Assembly (NCBI RefSeq): GCF_963921235.1
Contig: NC_086108.1
Coordinates: 41,170,001 to 41,234,000, forward strand
Source: Mobula hypostoma
Lineage: Eukaryota
Reading direction: 5' to 3'
DNA: 64,000 bases
Shown: one piece after another, positions 39,431 to 50,574 of the stretch
Position numbering within the stretch: position 1 is the stretch's first letter
How the letters are laid out: each line of letters opens with the position of its first letter
Translations under genes and position numbers: made by a program
The notes under the pieces: generated by a model
Seen by the model: only the letters and a program-made list of their open reading frames with translations
Told to the model about the DNA's origin: nothing
Database searches by the model: none

Positions 39431-41320
39431 TAAGGTATTGACTGCAAACATAGCAAGCACAATGAAATAGATGCAGAGTTTATGATGGGACCCAAGCATA
39501 GTCGTTTCAGATTCCCTAATATTTAACTGGAGGAGATTCTATTCATCTACGGTAGGATGTTGGACAAACTGCCTGCCAATAAAGAGACAGTATGGAGGGG
39601 AGGGGTGGGGTGGCAGTCAGAGTTGGGTGTGTGGCTGTAGCTAGCATGGGAGGCTGGCATTGCAAAAGTTGGTAGAGAAGTTGGTCTGGATGTCAAATAT
39701 ATATGCGTGAAGGAAACAGTCAGGGCCATCATGCAATTGAGACCACAGGCAAATTCCCAAGGAATGGCTGAAAGTAAACAATCCAAGAACAGACTTGGGA
39801 ACAACAGTCAAGCAAATGTTTAACCAAATGAGAAGGATCCCGTTAAACTGGAGGAAAGAAATTGAACGAAAATATCTCAAATACTGCAGAGAGGTTGGGG
39901 AGGATGATGAAAAGGGATAATAATCATAGGGAGGATGTCACTTATGAATTTAGTGTGACCCTACTCTATTACATAGAGTAGATGGCCACAACGCCATGCT
40001 TCCATGGTGCCAGCTGCAATTGGCCTATCTGAGCAATTATGTTGCTTTTACCTGCTAGAAATGGAGGCAGTACCAGGAATGGAAGAGAGCAAAGGGAAGG
40101 GCAACCATCCAGGAGAAGGAATTATTGACCATGGTGAGAAAAGCCTACTTCCAATCCTCAAGAATTATCCAAGTCTCGTGTTCAGACCTCCAGCAGCCCA
40201 TGAGAATCTAAGATGTTCTTAATTGGTAATGTCACAAATCACAGTGTGCAACTTACTACTACATGTGGGATGTTGCAGATGTTCTCTCTTCAAAGAGGGG
40301 AAGTTATGCTCCTTCCACGTAGAGCTAAAGGTGCTGTGGGCATGTGAGTATCCATGCACTACAGTAGAAATGAAGAAAGAGAAGCAGAATTCACCACACT
40401 GTCACAGACCTCATATCGTCACCCTGTCATCGTTACATTTACAGAGTCCCCTTCCGAACAAGTAAAGAAAATCAAGCAGTTCAACAGAACTAATGGGTTT
40501 TAAAATTCACCGAATGCTATAACAATTCAGTTGAAGACTATTCACCCTTGTGCCTCCCTTTATGCCCATATCCCATACACTTTGCAAGGCCTGCACTGAC
40601 ACATCCCTTGGCTGGTGATTGGTTGCTCCCTTACCATAAAGTATTCCAATAATTTGCTCAGCAACAGAACTGAACACTTGGTTTGAAATCTGCTGTACTC
40701 CAACCTCCTTTTTAAAGTAACGTACAAAGTTACTGATTTCATCCCATTCAACATTTTGCATTCATTCACCTTAGTTACTGGCATCTACCCCCTCCTTTGT
40801 GACTACAGTCCCAGAATATTCATTGAAAATTCTGTCTATCTATACCTTCTACCTCCACACACTGGTTGTCTTTTTGGTCACTAGGACACCCTGCCCTTTC
40901 TCTTTATGTAATTGTAAGACATTTTGATTTCCTTAATTTCACTCCCTAATTTTTTTTTTCATTTTCATTCTTTAATTTCCCTTTTAATTTTAATCCTACC
41001 TTTCCTACTGTCTTCCAGGCTTTCTGTTGTATTAATTTCTTGGTATTACATACAAACTTCTGCTTTTTTGTTCTATCCTTCTTTCTTTGCAACAACATCC
41101 AAAAGTTATAGTGAATAGAATATCGAACATAGAGCAGTACAGCACAGGAATAGGTCCTTCAGCCCACCATGTTGTGCCAAACCTATTAAATTAGTAATCA
41201 AATAACCAACTAAACTAATCCACAAACACGAGGAAATCTGCAGATGCCGGAATTTCAAGCAACACACATAAAAGTTGCTGGTGAACGCAGCAGGCCAGGC
41301 AGCATCTATTGGAAGAGGTA

Positions 41321-41358
41321 CAGTCGACGTTTCGGGCCAAGACCCTGCATCAGGACTA
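41321..41358 (-). ncRNA. Hammerhead motif with one core substitution (CTGATGC)
   Basis: Minus strand tagtc CTGATGC aggg-tcttgg-ccc GAAA cGTC gactg. Confidence 0.5.
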
Positions 41359-41650
41359 ACTGAAAGAAGAGCTAGTAAGAGATTTGAAAGTGGGAGGGGG
41401 AGGGGGAGATCCAAAATGATAGGAGAAGACAAGACGGGGAGGGATGGAGCCATCCTCTCATCCTCTGGGTTTCCCCCCCTCCCCCTTTTCTTTCTCCCTA
41501 GGCCTCCTGTCCCATGATCCTCTCATATCCCTTTTGCCAATCAACTGTCCAGCTCTAGGCTCCATCCCTCCCCCTCCTGTCTTCTCCTATCATTTCGGAT
41601 CTCCCTCTCCCTCTCCCACTTTCAAATCTCTGACTAGCTCTTCCTTCAGT

Positions 41651-41688
41651 TAGTCCTGACGAAGGGTCTCAGCCTGAAACGTCGACTG
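41651..41688 (+). ncRNA. Minimal type I hammerhead ribozyme motif, intact core; predicted cleavage after C41683
   Basis: tagtc CTGACGA agg-gtctcag-cct GAAA cGTC gactg; palindromic ACGT in place of helix III. Confidence 0.7.
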
Positions 41689-44059
41689 TACCTCTTCCAA
41701 TAGATGCTGCCTGGCCTGCTGCATTCACCAGCAATTTTTATGTGTGTTGCTTAACTAAACTAATCCCTTCTGCATGCACAATGTCCATATCCTTCCATTT
41801 CTGTCACATTCCTGTGCCTATCTAAATGTCTCTTAAAATTCCACAATGAACCTGCCTCTACCAGCACCCAAGGCAACCCATTCCAGGCACTCACCACTCT
41901 CTGGGTAAAAAATTTGCCCCTCACAATTCCTTTGTACTTGCCCCTCTCACCTTAAATACATGCCCTCTAGTATTAGACATTTCAATCCTGGTAAGAAGAT
42001 GCTGTCTCTCTACTGTATCTATGATCTCATAATCTTGTAAACTTCTATCAGATCTCCCCACCAGCCTTCGCTACTCCAGATAAAACAACTCAAGTTTGTC
42101 CAACCTCTCATTATTGCACAAGCCCTCTAATCCAAGCTACATCCTGGTAAACCACTTTTGCATCCTGTCCAAAGCCTTAACATCCTTCCTATAATGGGGT
42201 GACCTATGTGCAATAACTCAAGTTTATAAAGTTGCAACATAACTTCCTGACTTTTGAACTCAGTGCCTCTAATAATAAAGGAAAGCATGTCATATGTTTT
42301 CTGAACCACCCTATGAACCTGTGTAGCCACTTTCAGGGAGCTATGCATTTGGACTCTAAGATCTCTCTGCACAATGACACGGTTAAGGGTCTTGCCCTTA
42401 ACAGTGTACTGTCTCTTTACATTTGACCTACAAGGTGCAAAACTTCACATTTGGCTGGGTTAAATCCCATCTACTGTTTTTCCGCCCATATCTGCAACTG
42501 ATATATATCCTGCTGTGTTCTCTGCCAGACTTCTACACTATCCACATCACCACCAATTTTCCTATCATCTGCAAACTTACTTACCCACCCATCTACATTT
42601 TCATCCAGGTCACTAATGTTCATCACAGCTTCAGAGGCTGCAGTACAGAACACCTGCAGAACACCACTATTATAGATTTCCAGCTAGAGAAGTCCTGTCA
42701 ATCGCTACTTTCTGTCTTCAATGCACGAGTGCTGAATCCAAACAGCCAATTCACCATTGGTCCCATGAATCTTAATCTTCTGGATGAGCCTCCCATGAAG
42801 GACCTTATCAAGCACCTTACTAAAATCCATGTAGACTACATCCACAGCTCTACCTTCTTCAATCACCCTCATCACCTCATCAAAAAACTCAGTCAAGTTA
42901 GTAAGGCATGACTTGCTCTATACAGAGCCATGCTGGCTCTCCCTGGTTAGAAATTGTTTTCCAAATGCTCATAAATCCTATCCCTAAGAGCAATTTCCAG
43001 GATTATCTCTTGTTCCCTTCTTGAATCATGGAACAATGTTAGCTGCTCGCCAATCCTCCGGGTCCTTGCCTGTGGCCAGAGAGGACACAATTGATCAAGG
43101 CCCCAGTAGTCTCATCTCTTGCCTCTCCCAATAATCTGGGGTATATCCTACCAGGGTCTGGGGACCAATCCACCTTTAGGCTCTAAGAGACTCAACATGC
43201 CCTAGCATATTATTATTATTATTATTATTATTGGCACTGATCTCCCTATCCTATTCTCCTTGGTAAACACTGATATAAAGTATTCATTAATGACCTCATC
43301 CAAATCCTCCACATCCAAGCAAATCTTTCCTCCTTTGTCCCTAAGTGGTTCTACTCTCACCGTAATTATCCTCTTGATCTTGAAGTATGTATAGAATGCC
43401 TTGATTGTCCCATGCATCTGAAATTATAAAAACTAAGATATATATATATAACCTTTGAGAGAGCTAGTGGTCAAGGTTCAAAATATCCAAATATAGATAG
43501 ATAGATTGATACTTTATTGATCCCAAAGGAAATCACAGTGTCACAGTAGCATTACAAGTGCACAGATATAAATATTAGAATGGAAGTAGAATGAATAAAA
43601 AATAAGTTACAGCAGGGAGTCATCACTTCCCTGGCTATCAGGTATTAGAAATTGTCAGACATGGGGAAATAGGATCTGAGCAAGTAGACTGAATGTGAAA
43701 CATTTAGCGATCTGCATCTCAGGTCACTGACTATTAAACCAGCTCTTTCTGTTCTACATGGCCACCTAGCTCAAAAAGGGCCTTTTGCTTGGTGCTGTGG
43801 CCAGAGGCTGCAAATATTCTTCTTCCGGAACTTTGGAATCTGATTCATTTTTGTGCTTGAAGTTGTTGCTGTGGTTAAATAGGTCTACATGTGTGCGGAC
43901 ACTAGTGCAATGGTGAGAGCGTAGGAGCAATGATAGGTGTGAACTTGTAATAGTAGAGCTGTGTGCTGTCTTCACTGATTTTGAAAATGGCCATTAAACA
44001 TCTTGCCATAGTGGGATTATATCTCCTCACATTGACCACCCTGCCCATCTCCTCCCATT

Positions 44060-44468
44060 GTCACTTAAGGATCCCACCCATCCATCCAGCATCCTCTTTG
44101 ACTTTCTACCATCAGGCAGGAGACTCCAATGCATAAACACAAGAACAGTCGGAATGGGAAACAGTTCCTTTCCTCAGGCCATCAGGCTTCTGAAATCCCT
44201 GCCGCATCGTCTTCAAAGTGTCGCTGGTTAATCTGTTCTGTACTTTACAATATTTAATTTATGCACTTTAGTCTGTAATTTATGCATGATTCATTTGTAG
44301 ATTTTATCCTTACCTTCATAAGTTATTGTGTGTAATGTGTACTATGTGTACTACTGCGCTTTACACCCTGGTTTGAAGAAACATTGTCTGGTTTCTATAT
44401 ACATTATATGGTTATATACATGTATTGTATATAGTTAAATGGCAATAAACTTGACTTCACGACTTGAA
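44060..44468 (+). mobile_element. Rex1/Babar-type LINE 3' fragment
   Basis: KDPTHPSSILFDFLPSGRR..NSSFPQAIRLL; ends aataaacttgacttcacgacttga. Confidence 0.75.
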
Positions 44469-44739
44469 CAATGATTGAGGGAGGAGGGGAGTCTCCATAC
44501 TCCCTTGAAAATTGACCTGTGCATTTTGATTTCTTCAACCAAATGTCAAGTTTGGCAATAGGATTTATGGGCCCCATTTCTGTTTCTATATATTGCTGTT
44601 CCCATTGCCAATGATTAGTGAGATTATATTTGGCTTTCAGAAGTGGTTGGATTCACTGGTCATGGTTACTTAGGAAGGTAAGAAAGACGTGCAGGATTTT
44701 GCCACCAGGCCCCTTGAGTTCATTCCATCATTCATCCAG

Positions 44740-45160
44740 ATCAGAACTGATCTCCCTTGGCACCATTTTCAGCTACCCCGCAGAGTGTTATACGGCCAGC
44801 TACATCATGGTCGACGCTCAGCTGGAGGGCCAAAGAAGTGCAATAAGGATCAGATGAAGAATGCTTTAAGGAAGTGCAAGATCAGACCCGAGGACCTGGA
44901 GGAGGTTGCTGTTGTCTGTACCACTTGGCGACACCTGTGTAGGGACGGGTTTCGTATTCTGGAGGTGGAAAGTCAACCAGAAGACAGCAGAAGAGAGCCA
45001 GGAGAAATGCAGCCATAGTTGCCACCACCACTACATATACATGTCCCACCTGCAACAGAGCTTGTGGGTCCAGGATAGGACTGTATAGTCATCAAAGATC
45101 TCACCGTTAAAGGAGTGAATGTCGTCATCAGATTTCGATGGACAACCGAAGAAGAAGATC
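44740..45160 (+). mobile_element. RTE-clade LINE 3' end
   Basis: QLPRRVLYGQLHHGRRSAGGPKK..KDQMKNALRKCKI..W, a C2H2-like remnant and a (gaa)n tail. Confidence 0.85.
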
Positions 45161-45449
45161 CCCATATCCCTTGTTTCTTTAAAATCCAGACATCAATCTA
45201 TCAGCATGAAGTTAAAAAATGAGACTCCAGAGTCCTCCAAGATAGGTCATTCCAGATTCAACATTCTTGATTTTAACAAGAGGCAAATACTCCTGAAATT
45301 GCTAGTGTTAACCACATAATAGGAAAGAAATTAATATGATTTGGAATTCCAAAGCACACACACTTTCTTACAAGATGCATGCACAAAAATAATTCAATGT
45401 CAAGCCCTTCTGTTTTCTTCAGAACTGAAATAGTTGATTAATTTATCTC

Positions 45450-45768
45450 GCATTATGAGGGGTTTAGATAGGGTAAGTGCAAGCAGGCTTTTTCCACTGA
45501 GGTTGGGTGATACTGCAACTAGAGGTCATGGGTAAAGGGTGAAAGGTGAAATGTTTAAGGGGAACAAGAGAGGGAGGTTCTTCGTTCAGAAGTTGGTGAG
45601 TGTGTGGAATGAGCAGTCAGCAGAAGTGGTGGATCCAGGTTCAATTTCAACACAAGAGAAATTTGGATAGGTATATAGAGGGCTATGATCCAGATGCAGG
45701 TTGATAGGGCATGGATTAGATGGGCTGAAGTGCCTGCTTCTGTGGTGTAGTATTCTATGATTCTGTGA
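45450..45768 (+). mobile_element. CR1 3' end fragment
   Basis: Similar to 59740-60110. Confidence 0.85.
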
Positions 45769-47309
45769 CTTGCCTCTGCAATTAATCGGATCAAACAGAA
45801 TGCTAAATAAACATAGGAAGGGTTCTACCTGTGAAGCCCAATTTGATAATATCAAAACCCATTGGGACACAATTCAACCCTTTTCTTATGCCTAGGATGA
45901 ATATAAGATAACACGAGAGCCAGTTATTATTTGACCTGTATTGACAGTAAAAACCTGGTGCTGTCAACATAGATTGCGGGGTTTTAAATGAAGTCAGATA
46001 TGACTCAACCTAGCAACATATACTGACAATAAAAATGGCCAAATTGGACCTCCATAGAATAATGATTTTCTCAAAATCAATTCTACGAAGGACATGTATG
46101 ATTTGAAAAAGACCCCACAGGGTAGGTAACAGCTTTCTTATTCATGCTTTGTTCCTTATTCACACATCTTACATATTTAGTATGGGCTTAAAGCAGAGCT
46201 GGTAAGAGTCTCTTTTCAGGCCTCTCTATATTTAATTCCTTTAACTGATTGACATCAGTCTCATTTTTAGGTAGTAATTTTATTTGGCAGACAGCAGAAC
46301 TCAGTTCCAGGAGGTGCAATTGCAGAAGAATATGTGCAATGAGCATGAAAATTATATTTTCCAATACAAAATGTGACAATGAAAACCACATCTTGACTTG
46401 ACTGAAGATAAAGTAACAAAGACTATTGATTGGAAAAATAGGAAGCTGCTTTCCATGTTCAGACAAAACTTCTATTCTAAAGGTGGAATCTACACTAATG
46501 CCTATTGTGAAATTTTATTACCAAGCTCAATACAGAAAGGGTCAGAGGGTAAATTAATTCAGCCACATTTCAGAGCTAACTGGAAGCTTTGCTATTTACC
46601 CTCTGCATGGAAAAGAAAGTTGAGATGAATGAGGGGAAGATCTATGTAAACTTGTAATATTTTTACCAGGTTTGACAAGCTGGATACAGGAAAGAATTTT
46701 CCCCTGTCTGACGAATCAAGAACTGAGAGCAACTGTCTCCAAACATGAGTTAAAAATTAAAGATTAACTTTAATTGTCAATTGTACGTTGAAGCATCAAA
46801 GCATTCAGTGAACACGTCATGTGAGTCAACAACTAACACAGTCTGAGGATGTGACAGGGACAGCACAAAGTGTCGCCATGCTTTCAATGCCAACATAGCC
46901 TGCCCACAATTTACAAATCCTAAACTGTACACCTTTGGAATGTGGGCTTCCCCCCTGCCTAGAAATGCAATGAGGAGATGAGGAGAAATTACTTCACTTA
47001 GAGGATAGCACAATTCTCTCTTCCAAAGAGCTTTGGAAGTTCTGGCATTGACTTCATTCAAATACAATGTGGATAGAATTTTGAATATCCACTGAACCAA
47101 AGAACAGAGGGAGAAGATCAGACATGATTTTAATAGATTTGAGAGAAGCACACAAAGTCTGATAAACTACTGCGGCACCAAATGATTATTTTCTTATGAT
47201 CTTTCTCATAGTGGTTGATGATGAGTTCATGTGGTGTGGAAATGCATGGTGTTGGAGGATGCTATATTTGGGATAATTACCACTAGACACTCTAAGTGGT
47301 TTTACTAAA

Positions 47310-47856
47310 GCAGCATGGTAGCGTAGTGGTCAGACTAACGCTTTGATGTTACTGTCTGTAAGAAGTTTGTACGTTCTAGCCATGACCCCGTGGAGTGTTT
47401 TCAGGTGCTCCAGTTTCCTCCCATGGTTCTGAGACATACAGGTTAGTAAGTTCTGGGCATGCGATGTTGGCACTGAAAACATAGAACATAGAATAGTACA
47501 GCACAGTACAGGCCCTTCGGCCCACAATGTTGTGCCAACCCTCAAACCCTGCCTCCCATATAAGCCCCCACCTTAAATTCCTCCATATACCTGTCTAGTA
47601 GTCTCTTAAACTTCACTAATGTATCTGCCTCCACCACTGACTCAGGCCGTGCATTCCACGCACCAACCACTCTCTGAGTAAAAAACCTTCCTCTAATATC
47701 CCCCTTGAACTTCCCACCCCTTACCTTAAAGCCATGTCCTCTTGTATTGAGCAGTGGTGACACTTCTAGGCTACCTTGACGGCATGATCAGATTGTTGAC
47801 ATATTTGCTGTATTTTTCGATGTACCTGTGAAAAATACAGCTATTCTTTAATCTTT
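47310..47856 (+). mobile_element. V-domain SINE split by an antisense CR1 3' fragment (47478-47757)
   Basis: A-box tggtagcgtagtgg and V core; nested minus ORF TRGHGFKVRGGKFKGDIRGRFFTQRVVGAWN. Confidence 0.75.
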
Positions 47857-48073
47857 TAATTGTAAGTGGCATTGGCATTCACCAACCATACACCTGAAGG
47901 CAACTCTGCTGTTCTGATGTATGGCTTTTTATCTTCCTCATGATGATAAGGTAAAGCATTAAAGTCACACTTCTCGCCAACACGAGGAAATCTGCAGATG
48001 CTGGAAATTCAAGCAACACACACAAAACACTGGTGGAATGCAGCAGGCCAGGCAGTATTCATAGGAAGAAGCA

Positions 48074-48111
48074 CAGTCGACGTTTCAGGCCGAGACCCTT
48101 CGTCAGGACTA
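48074..48111 (-). ncRNA. Minimal type I hammerhead ribozyme motif, intact core
   Basis: Minus strand tagtc CTGACGA agg-gtctcgg-cct GAAA cGTC gactg. Confidence 0.7.
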
Positions 48112-48997
48112 ACTGAAAGAAGAGATAGTAAGAGATTTGAAAGTGGGAGGGGGAGGGGGAGATCCGAAATGATAGGAGAAGACAGGAGGGGGAGGGATAG
48201 AGCCAAGAACTGGACAGGTGATTGGCAAAGGGGATACGAGGCTGGAGAAGGGAAAAGATCATGGGATGGGAGGCCTAGGGAGAAAGAAAGGGGAAGGGGA
48301 GCGCCAGAGGAAGATGTAGAGCAGGCAAAGGAGTGATTGTGAAAGGGACAGAGAGAGAGAGAGAGAAAAGAGAGAAAAAAAGGGGGGAATAATAAATAAA
48401 TAAGGAATGGGGTAAGAAGGGAAGGAGGGGCATTAACGGAAGTTAGAGAAATCAATGTTCATGCCATCAGGTTGGAGGCTACCCAGACAGAATATAAGGT
48501 GTTGTTCCTCCAACCTGTGTGTGGCTTCATCTTGACAGAAGAGGAGGTCATGGATTGACATATCAGAATGGGAATGGGACATGGAATTAAAATGTGTGGC
48601 CACTGGGAGATCTTGCTATAATGGTGAGATCCGACGCAGACTGGGAGACCATTTCGCCGAACACCTACGCTCTGTCCGCCAAAAAAAGCAGGATCTCCCA
48701 GTGGCCACACATTTTAATTTATTTATTATTTTTTTTATTTTTTCCTTTTTTTCTCTCTCTGTCCTTCTCACTATAACTCCTTGCCTGTTCTCCATCGTCC
48801 TCTGGCACTCTCCTCCCCCTTTCTTTCTCCCTAGGCCTCCCATTCCATGATCCTCTCCCTTCTCCAGCCTTGTATCCCTTTTGCCAATCAATTTTCCAGC
48901 GCTTAGCTCTATCCCTCTCCCTCCTGTCTTCTCCTATCCTTTCGGATCTCCCCCTCCCCCTCCCACTTTCAAATCTCTTACTAACTCTTCTTTCAGT

Positions 48998-49035
48998 TCG
49001 CCCTGATGAAGGGTCTCGGCCTGAAACGTTGACTG
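48998..49035 (+). ncRNA. Hammerhead motif, intact core, weakened helix I, GUU triplet
   Basis: tcgcc CTGATGA agg-gtctcgg-cct GAAA cGTT gactg. Confidence 0.55.
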
Positions 49036-49724
49036 TGCTTCTTCCTATGGATGCTGCCTGGCCTGCTGCGTTCCACCAACATTTTGTGTGTATTGCTTAA
49101 AGTTACACTTCTGATTCTTTTCTCTGCTAGTTCAGTGAGCAGGATTAAGGAACGTTTGCCTGTGGTAATGAATGGCTATGTAAGTGATCAGCAACAGGGG
49201 TTGAAAATGGGTTTTTTTGTGATGATGGTGTATCACTGGCTATCAACTTCACTGCATCTCGGCCTCAATGGTCTAAAAATCACCACAGTTTGTAATGACA
49301 GCATTGTTAATTCACCAGCAATGTTCTATAATGTACCTGAAGACATGAAATGTCAAAGCTACCATAAGATTAACACAATGGCAACAGCCTATGGAACAAA
49401 GTGACTTAGTCTTTGCTGCGATCACTCGACATCCCATTGAAGTTTATAAAATGCATGCCATTCTGACATGCTGGAAAAAGATCCCCAGGTGGTTACATAT
49501 CAGGAATTGATCACAACAGGGCACAACTTACACCTGATGGCTTGGATGTTTAGTGAAATGGACACATGGCACTGCTGGTAGGATGAGGTGGAAGAGTGTA
49601 ATTTTACCATCCATTACAGTTTATATTGATGCCTCAGTCTATGCAGCTAGAAACAGAATGGTTTTCTTTTAATTAAGTATTAGCAGTCTGTTCGGACAGA
49701 AAGTTAAAACTCAACATGCACCGC

Positions 49725-50005
49725 CTCAGTTCTAGATCACCTGGGAAAGTGGGCCAAGGAATGCTGATGGGATTTAACTCGGACAAGTGTTGCATTTCGG
49801 CAAGTTTAACCAGGGCAGAATTTACACAGTAAATAGGGGGTCCTGAAGAGTTTTGCTGAACAGAAATACCTGGGGGTAAATATACATGAAAGTAACAACA
49901 CAGGTAGACAGGGTGGGGGAAGAAAGGTGTTAAATGTATTTGCCTTCATGGTCAGAGCATAGAGTACAAGTTAGAATGTCACGTTATATCTGTGCAAGAC
50001 TTTGA
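49725..50005 (+). mobile_element. Old CR1 RT fragment
   Basis: Eroded DLDHLGKWAKE..FNSDKC..LHFG, similar to 59240-59530. Confidence 0.7.
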
Positions 50006-50574
50006 CTTATAGCTTTTCCCAAGTGTGACCAAATGATTGCTAAAAATCTGAGAACTTACTGATGTGTTGATGTCACTGAGTAAGTTATCCTAACCAGGTA
50101 AAGTAATGAGCCAGTTGGAACTAGAAGAGACTACAGATGCTGAAATCTGAGGCAATAAAGAAAATTCTGGGGGAAATCAGTGGGTTAAGCAGCATCTATA
50201 AAGGGAAATGGAGAGTTAACATTATGAGCCGGAACAACTCTATATGAATCTGTAAATTTCTTCATATTGTAAAAGGTATTTAAAGGGCACTCACCATTGA
50301 TAACTTGATGAAGATGAACATTATATCTGAGAAAAGCAGCAGCTGTTCAGTTGATCTGGCAAGTACCTATCTTTCAACAAATATCTCTAAACCTGATTAT
50401 CTATCTGGTCTTCTTTCTCAACGTAGTTTGAAGGTTCCTGCTGTGAAAAAAAAATGAGTCTTATGTATTAGGGCAATATCAATATTTCAAAAGCACATTT
50501 TTGGCTCTAAATTGCCTGGGGTAGCAACCTGGTCAGTGGTGCCACATAAATGCAAGTGCCTTTTTTTCTTTCGT

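Larger units (their letters stand above)
41222..41752. mobile_element. Fold-back (inverted) PLE-end insertion with two hammerhead motifs
   Basis: Arms 41257-41451 and 41558-41752 are reverse complements; perfect TSD AACTAAACTAATCC at 41208-41221 and 41753-41766. Confidence 0.92.
41110..43400 (-). mobile_element. CR1 LINE (RT to 3' tail), interrupted by a PLE
   Basis: AVDVVYMDFSKVLDKV; WVSKFADDRKIGG; QRDLRVQMHSSLKVATQV. Confidence 0.9.
47975..49098. mobile_element. Large fold-back PLE insertion (minus arm to about 48614; plus arm GIY-YIG and 3' UTR) with two hammerhead motifs
   Basis: GEIRRRLGDHFAEHLRSVRQKKQDLPVATHFN; arms are reverse-complementary; TSD AAAGTCACACTTCT (47961-47974) / AAAGTTACACTTCT (49099-49112). 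Confidence 0.92.

Noticed and set aside
41222..41752. Interpretation as a DNA-transposon MITE
   Set aside because: The arms are PLE 3' UTR sequence, the ends are asymmetric, and the 14-bp TSD matches those of the coding PLE copies.
43766..43975. 69-aa minus ORF preceded by an AG
   Set aside because: It has no recognisable domain and ends in a stop without a donor or nearby polyA support.
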